Positions 57,551-64,000 of a DNA stretch of 64,000 bases are shown here, in pieces. The notes beneath the pieces were generated by a model. That model did not search any database. It was not told where the DNA came from and saw only the letters and a program-made list of their open reading frames with translations. The stretch is taken from assembly GCA_043780835.1 (NCBI GenBank), contig JAYWCB010000011.1:26767-90766 (forward strand), given 5' to 3'. The stretch comes from Minisyncoccota bacterium. GTDB taxonomy: Bacteria; Patescibacteriota; Minisyncoccia; Phycocordibacterales; UBA2100. Each line of letters begins with the position of its first letter. The first letter of the stretch is position 1. The position numbers and the translations under genes are program-made.

Positions 57551-59266
57551 ATGAAAAGACTTTTCAGTTTTGGTGTTTTCTTTATTATCGTATGTACCGG
57601 TCCGCATACTGCGAACGCGGCATACATGTCTCCGATATCGGATTTATTTTCAACGTCGAATCCTGGAGCCGATGCAGCGCATATTATTACTTTTACGGTA
57701 CGCAATGCTGTTCCCGCGTCGGGCACCATACGTATTACACCGGAAGGCGCCTTCTTCATTCCCGCGAGTTTCGATTTCACCGACGTGGATGTGGCCGTTT
57801 CAAACGGGGGCCCGTATGTCGATCGAAATCTTGCGGCCTCGGCAAGCGGAAGCGCGGACGGGGTTACCGTTATAAGCGGTTCAACGGGCTCAATAATCAT
57901 TACGCTTTCTTCTGCGAGCGGCATTGCCGCCAATTCGTCGGTACGAATCATTCTCGGAACCAATGCGACGTTTCAGCAAACAGGCACGGTCTCACCGATA
58001 AATCCCATCGTACCGGCGTCATATCGCGTTCGTATTGATACGGAAAACGCAGGTGTCCACATCGATGACGCAAAAGCTATGGTTGTGGTGGTGTCGCCCG
58101 TAACACTCACAGCCATTGTGAATGACAATGCGCCGCAAATACTCAATGCGCTTCCGACCGGCATTCTTCCTGCAGGAAGCAACGTGATCGAGCTTTCTTT
58201 TCAAACGAATGTTACGGCAACGTGTCGATATGCGACATCGTCCGGTGTTGCGTACGGGTCAATGACACACACCTTTTCTTCCGTTGGGGGCCAGTTGTTT
58301 TATAGCGTCGTCTCCGGGCACGTTGATAACACCACGTACAGCTACTTTATTCGCTGTCGCGATACCGCGGGCGCGACGGCCCAAACAGATTACGAGCTCA
58401 CCTTTGCCCTGGGCGTGACTCCGACAAATACATCATCGGACGGCAATACGCCAAACATTATTACTGCAGGGCCACCGAGCGGTTCGGGAGGTTCCGGCGG
58501 AGTGGGAGAGTTTGCAGGTGGAAGCGCATCACTGTTCCAATCGTCAATTACGCTCTCCGGTCGAGCGCCCGCAAATAGTGCGGTCACCATATTGAAAGAC
58601 GGCAAACAGCAATCGTCGGTGCAGGCAACAGCAAGCGGAGCATTTGCGGCGACTATCACGAGACTTGATCGCGGCACGTACACACTTGTTACCTTTGCGC
58701 TTGATGACAAACAACGCAAAACGTCACGTTTTTCCTCTACGCTCACACTGAATGCTGGTACAAATAATACGATTTCGAATGTACTTCTTTCTCCAACTAT
58801 TGCAGCAGATGGGGAGTCAGTTCCAATCGGGGAAAACATGCATGTTGCGGGCTTTGGCGTGCCTGACACGATCGTGAATATACTGTTACGTGATGTGCCC
58901 GCTCCAGGAAAGGTGGGTCCACCAAAAGAATACACCGCCTCTACAACACAAACGGGCACATGGGAGTATTCGATTCCGGCCAAAGATCTCAAGCGCGGTA
59001 CCTATGAAATAAAGGTCAAAACGGTGACTCCGGAGGCGTCGAGTGAATACAACGCCCCCGCATATGTGGGTGTGGGCCAAAAACCATCGGCACAAGCCGA
59101 TACCGGCAATCGCTCGGACATCAATAAAGACGGCAAAGTCAATCTCGTTGATTTCTCTATTTTGCTCACGCATTGGAATGAGAGCGATCCCAACGCGGAC
59201 ATAAATCTCGACGGTACCGTCAACCTGGCTGACTTCTCGATACTGCTCTTCAACTGGACAGGGTAG
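57551..59266 (+). CDS. Secreted protein with Ig-like (Big) domains and a C-terminal dockerin
   Basis: Signal peptide MKRLFSFGVFFIIVCTGPHTANA. Ig-like beta domains are similar to those in 37588..38727. The C-terminus SDINKDGKVNLVDFSILLTHWNESDPNADINLDGTVNLADFSILLFNWTG is a duplicated dockerin Ca-binding repeat. Confidence 0.65.
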   Translation: MKRLFSFGVFFIIVCTGPHTANAAYMSPISDLFSTSNPGADAAHIITFTVRNAVPASGTIRITPEGAFFIPASFDFTDVDVAVSNGGPYVDRNLAASASGSADGVTVISGSTGSIIITLSSASGIAANSSVRIILGTNATFQQTGTVSPINPIVPASYRVRIDTENAGVHIDDAKAMVVVVSPVTLTAIVNDNAPQILNALPTGILPAGSNVIELSFQTNVTATCRYATSSGVAYGSMTHTFSSVGGQLFYSVVSGHVDNTTYSYFIRCRDTAGATAQTDYELTFALGVTPTNTSSDGNTPNIITAGPPSGSGGSGGVGEFAGGSASLFQSSITLSGRAPANSAVTILKDGKQQSSVQATASGAFAATITRLDRGTYTLVTFALDDKQRKTSRFSSTLTLNAGTNNTISNVLLSPTIAADGESVPIGENMHVAGFGVPDTIVNILLRDVPAPGKVGPPKEYTASTTQTGTWEYSIPAKDLKRGTYEIKVKTVTPEASSEYNAPAYVGVGQKPSAQADTGNRSDINKDGKVNLVDFSILLTHWNESDPNADINLDGTVNLADFSILLFNWTG

Positions 59267-59276
59267 AATAGCGCCT

Positions 59277-59810
59277 ATGCTTGGTATTCCAAAAACTCGA
59301 AACGCGCGCATTGTGCTCGCCGTACTGTTGGTGGTAGTACTACTATCGGTCGCCTTATTCTATGTTCGATACCATCCGCGTCGAGGATCGGTATCATTCT
59401 TTCCCGAATACGCACTCGTATTGAAAGACTATGCGGGACACGACGTACAGCTTGCGCAATTTAAGCGTGAGACGGTGGTTGTGCATTCATGGGCTACCTG
59501 GTGCACATATTGCGGCGAGGAACTCACGCATCTCGCGACGTTGAAGAAAAAGTACGGCGATCGCATTACAATTATCGCGCCGAATCGCGCCGAATCGGCG
59601 CAGGTGGCAAAACCGTTTACCGATGCGCTCAATACGGGAACGAGCATCGTGTTTCTCATCGATCCCAACGATATTTTTTATAAAGCGATCGGTGGCTACG
59701 CCATGCCCGAGACACTATTTATAAACGATCGGGGCGAGGTGGTGTATCGCCGGCACGGACCGATGACACTCGACGAAGTCGACGCGCAGCTCGTCGTAAT
59801 AACTAAATAG
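59277..59810 (+). CDS. Thioredoxin-fold thiol-disulfide oxidoreductase (TlpA/ResA-like), membrane anchored
   Basis: N-terminal TM (IVLAVLLVVVLLSVALFYV) and a WATWCTYCGEEL CxxC active site in a thioredoxin-like context. Confidence 0.75.
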   Translation: MLGIPKTRNARIVLAVLLVVVLLSVALFYVRYHPRRGSVSFFPEYALVLKDYAGHDVQLAQFKRETVVVHSWATWCTYCGEELTHLATLKKKYGDRITIIAPNRAESAQVAKPFTDALNTGTSIVFLIDPNDIFYKAIGGYAMPETLFINDRGEVVYRRHGPMTLDEVDAQLVVITK

Positions 59811-60228
59811 TACCCGAGGAGCGTCGCGCGGAGTCGTCTTCCTTAAATCGAACAAATTCCTTTTGCAGAGTCTCGAGTTGTTCGTCATCCAAGTCTTCCA
59901 CATCGATGAGTGTATTGCGGGCCGCTTTCTGTGATTTGATCAATTCATCGAGCTTGAGGTGGATCGCGTGCGCATCGCGATTTTGCGTGTTTTGAATGAG
60001 GAAAACCGCCAAGAAGGTGAGCACTGTCGTTGCCGTATTAATGACCAATTGCCATGTATCGGAATAATTAAAAAACGGTCCTGAAACGGCCCATAGTAAT
60101 GTGACGAAGCAGGCAAGTGCGAACGCCCATGGAGCGCCCATTGCTTTGCTCGCCGCCTGTGCAATGGTTCTGAACAAGTCGTGCATATGCCTAGTATATC
60201 CCACCTCGACTGCTATCATGGCCACCAT
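59803..60228 (-). CDS. DUF1003-like membrane protein
   Basis: Two TM helices (AFALACFVTLLWAV and TATTVLTFLAVFLIQNTQNR) are followed by a coiled/charged tail (HAIHLKLDELIKSQKA). This resembles the DUF1003 family layout. The start is uncertain and overlaps its neighbours at both ends. Confidence 0.45.
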   Translation of the reverse strand: MVAMIAVEVGYTRHMHDLFRTIAQAASKAMGAPWAFALACFVTLLWAVSGPFFNYSDTWQLVINTATTVLTFLAVFLIQNTQNRDAHAIHLKLDELIKSQKAARNTLIDVEDLDDEQLETLQKEFVRFKEDDSARRSSGTI

Positions 60229-60877
60229 GACGATTTGGGACGCATATGAAACCTACCGGATTATGCCCAACCTGCGGCTGCATCAATTACGCGTTGCAGC
60301 GCTTGCCCGCACCCTCGCAATTGCAAGACACGCTGCATTCGAGCATGTTACCGTCGCTGCACTGCTGCACGATATGGGCAATATTATGAAAAGCGACTTT
60401 ACGCAATTTCCACCGGATTTTTACGGAGATAAAGATATTTCGTACTGGCACGGCGTCCAGGATGATTGCGCAAAACGATTCGGTAGCGACGAGTACACGG
60501 CTACAGCCGCGATCGCACGCGACATCGGTGTATCGGATGACATCGTGCATCTCATGGGCGCGATGGGGTTTTCTAAGGCAGAGGCGATTTTCAACGACGG
60601 ACCGTTGGAACTGCAGATTCTCGAATATGCAGATCAGCGCGTTGCGCCGTACGGCATTGTTTCGCTGGATGAGCGATTGAAAGAAGGCCATGCACGATAT
60701 CGATCACGCGCTCGGGCTGACTACAGCGACAATGATCGTGAATTCGAAAAAAATAGCGCTCTACTCACACGGCTCGAGCAGACGTTGTTCGAGGGGCTTT
60801 TAATAACACCTCAGATGCTGAGCGAGGCATCGCTCAAAGATACGATCGAGGCGCTTCGCAGCTATGATATTGCGTGA
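60218..60877 (+). CDS. HD-domain phosphohydrolase
   Basis: The H...HD motif (RHAAFEHVTVAALLHDMGNIMK) is typical of HD superfamily metal-dependent phosphohydrolases. Trimmed to MATMTIWDAY to reduce overlap with the minus-strand gene. Confidence 0.6.
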   Translation: MATMTIWDAYETYRIMPNLRLHQLRVAALARTLAIARHAAFEHVTVAALLHDMGNIMKSDFTQFPPDFYGDKDISYWHGVQDDCAKRFGSDEYTATAAIARDIGVSDDIVHLMGAMGFSKAEAIFNDGPLELQILEYADQRVAPYGIVSLDERLKEGHARYRSRARADYSDNDREFEKNSALLTRLEQTLFEGLLITPQMLSEASLKDTIEALRSYDIA

Positions 60878-60903
60878 TATTATCCGCGACGAAACGAATA
60901 GAA

Positions 60904-60979
60904 GCCGATGTAGCTCAGTTGGTAGAGCACGTCATTGGTAATGACGAGGTCTCCGGTTCAATCCCGGACATCGGCTCCA
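60904..60979 (+). tRNA. tRNA-Thr (GGT)
   Basis: GCCGATGTAGCTCAGTTGGTAGAGCACGTCATTGGTAATGACGAGGTCTCCGGTTCAATCCCGGACATCGGCTCCA shows a cloverleaf with a 7-bp acceptor stem, anticodon loop TTGGTAA and encoded CCA. Confidence 0.9.
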
Positions 60980-61030
60980 CTTTTACAGCATCGATGCTAG
61001 TATCGGTCGTGTAAAAGGATTTGTTTTTGC

Positions 61031-61106
61031 GCCGCCTTAGCTCAGTTGGTAGAGCACCGCTTTCGTAAAGCGGGGGTCCCCGGTTCAAATCCGGGAGGCG
61101 GCTCCA
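61031..61106 (+). tRNA. tRNA-Thr (CGT)
   Basis: GCCGCCTTAGCTCAGTTGGTAGAGCACCGCTTTCGTAAAGCGGGGGTCCCCGGTTCAAATCCGGGAGGCGGCTCCA has anticodon loop TTCGTAA and encoded CCA. Confidence 0.9.
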
Positions 61107-61129
61107 ATAATCAGCCCTATACTGCGCCC

Positions 61130-62026
61130 ATGACAGACAAAGCATCAATTGAGGCGAGAATCAAAGAAATCGAAACCGCAATGGTTGCCGCGGATTTTTG
61201 GTCCAATAAAGATCTCGCGCAGGATACGCTCAAGGAGTATCAGGAGCTCAAAGCAAAACTCGAAGGCAAAGGCGCGTACGATAAAAGCGATGCGCTCGTG
61301 ACTATCGTATCGGGTGCCGGTGGCGATGACGCCGAAGATTTTTCTCGTATTTTGTACGAAATGTATTCGAAATACGTATTGTTCAAGGGATGGAAAGTAC
61401 TGCAGCTCTCGTCAAACGCGAACACGATGGGCGGGTACCGTAGTGTGTCGTTCGAAGTGATGGGAGCGAACGCATACGGCACAATGAAGCACGAAGCGGG
61501 TGTGCATCGCTTGGTACGCATGTCACCGTTCAATTCCGCGGGCAAGCGTCAAACGTCATTTTCTCTCGTCGAAGTGTTGCCAAAGCTTCCGGACGCGGGT
61601 GAATTGCAGATCCCGGACAAAGATCTTGATGTGTCGGTTGCGCGCTCCGGCGGGCCGGGCGGGCAAAATGTGAACAAGCGAGACACCGCAGTTCGCATGA
61701 CGCATATTCCGACCGGTCTCGCGGTACAGGTTACGAGCGAACGAAGCCAAGCTCAGAATCGCGACAAAGCAATCGAATTGCTCCGCGGTAAACTTTTTAA
61801 GCTTCGAGAGGCGGCTCAAACTGCGGAATCGCGCGGTCTCTCGGTTGCTGCAACCACCAAGATCGAGTGGGGAAGCCAAATTCGGTCTTACGTATTGCAT
61901 CCGTATCAACTTGTAAAAGACCATCGTACAGAACACGAACGACGCGATGTGGATAAAGTATTAGAAGGAGATATTCAATCGTTCATAGATGAAGAAAAGA
62001 AACTCAGCGAAAACGCCCGTGCGTAG
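61130..62026 (+). CDS. prfB: Peptide chain release factor 2 (shortened N-terminus, no frameshift site)
   Basis: The SPF tripeptide (RMSPFNSAGKRQTSF) is the RF2 signature, with GGQ (GGPGGQNVN). The ATG at 61130 is 24 nt after tRNA-Thr; the ORF-track extension into the tRNA is rejected. At about 298 aa it is short compared with about 365 aa in E. coli. Confidence 0.85.
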   Translation: MTDKASIEARIKEIETAMVAADFWSNKDLAQDTLKEYQELKAKLEGKGAYDKSDALVTIVSGAGGDDAEDFSRILYEMYSKYVLFKGWKVLQLSSNANTMGGYRSVSFEVMGANAYGTMKHEAGVHRLVRMSPFNSAGKRQTSFSLVEVLPKLPDAGELQIPDKDLDVSVARSGGPGGQNVNKRDTAVRMTHIPTGLAVQVTSERSQAQNRDKAIELLRGKLFKLREAAQTAESRGLSVAATTKIEWGSQIRSYVLHPYQLVKDHRTEHERRDVDKVLEGDIQSFIDEEKKLSENARA

Positions 62027-62034
62027 CCACGGTT

Positions 62035-62062
62035 TGGACACTCACCAGGCTCAGGTATAATG
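62035..62062 (+). promoter_or_regulatory. Sigma70-like promoter candidate upstream of ftsE
   Basis: TTGGAC (62035..62040), a 16-nt spacer, then TATAAT (62057..62062). Confidence 0.35.
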
Positions 62063-62183
62063 ATTCAACGTTCGGCGTTTGCGCTGATCTGAGAGTTCTC
62101 TTGAGTTTTTGTACGTTTCCGGCAGGTATACTGCATCGTCCGACATGGCCGCGCGAGTGCGCATTACGGTAATGCAATTTCCC

Positions 62184-62867
62184 ATGATCTATTTCGACAA
62201 AGTGACGAAAATATACGCGGTCGGCACTGCGCCGGCAGTGTCAGAGGTAACGCTCGGTATTGAGCCGGGCGAATTTGTATCCATTGTCGGGCATTCTGGT
62301 GCAGGGAAAACTACGCTGCTCAAAATGCTGTTCGCTGAAGTCTTTCCTACAGAAGGCGCAGTTTATTTCGGTTCAAAACCCATTACGGAGCTTTCCGATA
62401 AAGAACTCTTGCGGATGCGTCGCAACATCGGAACCATTTTTCAAGATTTCAGACTGTTACCCACGAAGAATGTGTACGAAAACATCGCCTTTGCACTCGA
62501 GGTTGCCGGCAAGAGCGACGAAGACATCCAAGCGGACGTGCCGCACGTGCTTGATCTCGTGGGATTGGCAGACAAAATCTGGAGTTTTCCACATCAGCTC
62601 TCGGGCGGTGAACAGCAGCGCATCGCCATTGCACGCGCTATTGTGAATCAGCCCGATGTGCTTATTGCAGACGAACCGACGGGAAATCTGGATCCCATCA
62701 ACGCACATGACGTGGTTGAAATTCTGAAAAAGATCAACGACCTCGGTACCACTGTTTTGCTCACCACGCACAACAAATCCATCGTCGACTCGGTAGGCAG
62801 GCGTGTGGTGACGATGGATCAGGGACGTGTGGTACGGGACGACAAGCAAGGTAAATACGTCATATAA
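62184..62867 (+). CDS. ftsE: Cell division ATP-binding protein FtsE
   Basis: MIYFDKVTKIY start (the ORF-track start at 62109 is an extension). Walker A GHSGAGKTT, signature LSGGEQQRIAIARAI, Walker B VLIADEPTGNLD. Followed by ftsX. Confidence 0.85.
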   Translation: MIYFDKVTKIYAVGTAPAVSEVTLGIEPGEFVSIVGHSGAGKTTLLKMLFAEVFPTEGAVYFGSKPITELSDKELLRMRRNIGTIFQDFRLLPTKNVYENIAFALEVAGKSDEDIQADVPHVLDLVGLADKIWSFPHQLSGGEQQRIAIARAIVNQPDVLIADEPTGNLDPINAHDVVEILKKINDLGTTVLLTTHNKSIVDSVGRRVVTMDQGRVVRDDKQGKYVI

Positions 62868-62903
62868 ATAACAAGCGCAGCGACTATATTTATATGACCC
62901 GAC

Positions 62904-62993
62904 CACATGTCCCAACAAGCGATATAATTAACCAGCAAGAGTCACTATGATACTTCCGATACACAGCATCAAGAACGAACTGCGGGACATGTG
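62904..62993 (+). promoter_or_regulatory. 10-bp perfect inverted repeat (CACATGTCCC ... GGGACATGTG) spanning the ftsE-ftsX spacer
   Basis: The arms at 62904..62913 and 62984..62993 are separated by about 70 nt. A TATAAT hexamer lies at 62922..62927 inside the spacer. Confidence 0.3.
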
Positions 62994-63040
62994 TACGGGT
63001 AAGGTTATTACTAATTCGCTTCGCTCTTAAGCAAAACCTT

Positions 63041-63970
63041 ATGGCTCTCTGGCTCAGCATGAAGCGTGTAACGAGGTACGGCATTGCCGGCTTCGTTCGT
63101 AACGGATTTATTTCTCTCGCGGCGATCCTCATCATGACGATCACGCTGTTCGTTGTTGCAGGGCTCATGATGTCGGCGGCGGCATTGAACGCAACACTCT
63201 CGCAGCTCACCAATAAAGTTGACGTGACCGTTTATTTCACGCCGAGCGCGACGCTGGATCAGATAACGACCATTCAGAATTCGCTCAAAACCTTGCCTGA
63301 AGTGGCGTCGGTCAAATACGTGAGTCGTGACGACGCAATCACCGAATTCCGCGATCGTCACAAAAATGACCAACTGACGCTCCAGGCGCTTGAAGAGCTG
63401 GGAGATAACCCGCTCGGGGCATCACTTGAAATCCGGGCAAAAGAGACGTCGCAGTACGAAGCGATCGCTAAATACCTGCAGGATCAGGCAAGCGGGCAAA
63501 CGGGTTCGTCGGCCTTTATCGACAAAGTGAACTTTTTCCAGAATAAAGGCGCAATCGACCGTTTAACCAATATCATCGAAACATCCCAGAAACTCGGTAT
63601 TGCAATCACTATTATTCTTGCGATTTCGTCGGTTCTGATCGCGTTCAATACGATTCGACTCGCCATTTACACCGCGCGCGATGAAATCGGGGTCATGAAC
63701 CTCGTTGGCGCAGGTCATTGGTATGTGCGAGGTCCGTTTATGGTGGCGGGAATCCTCTACGGCATCGTTTCGGCGATTATCGTGCTCATGGTGCTCTATC
63801 CCGTCACGCTCTGGCTTGGTCCGGGTTCCGAGAAATTCCTCGGCTCATTTAATGTGTTTACCTACTATAGCGATTCATTTCCTGTCATGTTCCTCACTCT
63901 CATGGGGGCAGGTATCGGTATCGGGGCGTTATCCAGTTATCTAGCTGTCCGCCGGTACCTCCGGGCGTGA
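63041..63970 (+). CDS. ftsX: Cell division permease FtsX
   Basis: Canonical FtsX topology: TM1 (ISLAAILIMTITLFVVAGLMM), a roughly 130-aa extracellular domain, and three C-terminal TM helices. Located downstream of ftsE. Confidence 0.85.
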   Translation: MALWLSMKRVTRYGIAGFVRNGFISLAAILIMTITLFVVAGLMMSAAALNATLSQLTNKVDVTVYFTPSATLDQITTIQNSLKTLPEVASVKYVSRDDAITEFRDRHKNDQLTLQALEELGDNPLGASLEIRAKETSQYEAIAKYLQDQASGQTGSSAFIDKVNFFQNKGAIDRLTNIIETSQKLGIAITIILAISSVLIAFNTIRLAIYTARDEIGVMNLVGAGHWYVRGPFMVAGILYGIVSAIIVLMVLYPVTLWLGPGSEKFLGSFNVFTYYSDSFPVMFLTLMGAGIGIGALSSYLAVRRYLRA

Positions 63971-64000
63971 TAGTGTAATCCTATATATGCAGCGTGCGCA

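Noticed and set aside
56929-57963. 344-aa minus-strand ORF overlapping the FGE-domain gene and the dockerin protein gene
   Set aside because: Antisense to two well-supported + strand genes; no recognisable domain; composition typical of a shadow frame.
61046-61129. Upstream extension of the prfB ORF through tRNA-Thr(CGT)
   Set aside because: The extension runs through a tRNA gene. ATG 61130 downstream of the tRNA gives an RF2 that aligns from the conserved helix onward.

Overview
The window looks like a small-genome, Patescibacteria/CPR-like bacterial contig with the standard genetic code, about 52-55% GC, and a surface-protein island between two housekeeping ends. That lineage assignment is inferred from gene content, reduced protein lengths and the giant surface proteins.

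Housekeeping genes at the ends:
- Left end: ligA (5' partial), gatC, gatA, signal peptidase I and an Hsp20 chaperone.
- Right end: a thioredoxin-like protein, an HD phosphohydrolase, two tRNA-Thr genes, a shortened RF2, and ftsE-ftsX.
- Two further tRNA-Met(CAT) genes (one initiator-like) and a tRNA-Asp lie in the first 8.5 kb.

The central ~48 kb (positions ~9.9-59.3 kb), transcribed almost entirely on the + strand, is a cell-surface/secretome island containing:
- A 5,884-aa surface protein (11588..29212) with a signal anchor, FN3-like and beta-helix-like modules, a 2.4-kb internal tandem repeat in about 2.4 copies, and a C-terminal DUF2341/LamG-like part.
- A second fibrous giant of 1,614 aa (42850..47694) with a recent 645-bp internal duplication.
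- At least four cohesin-domain proteins and three proteins with C-terminal dockerin repeats, suggesting a cellulosome-style cohesin-dockerin surface-assembly network.
- A MacB/FtsX-type ABC exporter whose ATPase carries an unusual ~220-aa C-terminal extension, next to an FN3-repeat protein.
- A myxo-type Cys-rich-repeat protein.
- A membrane-anchored FGE-sulfatase (C-type-lectin fold) protein, the fold used by DGR target proteins.
- An alternating array of two paralogous secreted-protein families that resembles Firmicute WxL/DUF916 loci.

Other signals:
- A DnaA-box-like 9-mer (TTATCCACA and variants) recurs upstream of several surface-protein genes.
- A small HTH_17-TM gene carries paired palindromic operators.
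- A run of tRNA-Asp 3'-end-like repeats lies in the intergenic region left of tRNA-Asp.
- Several structured intergenic elements are present.

No CRISPR array, reverse transcriptase, transposase or integrase gene was seen.
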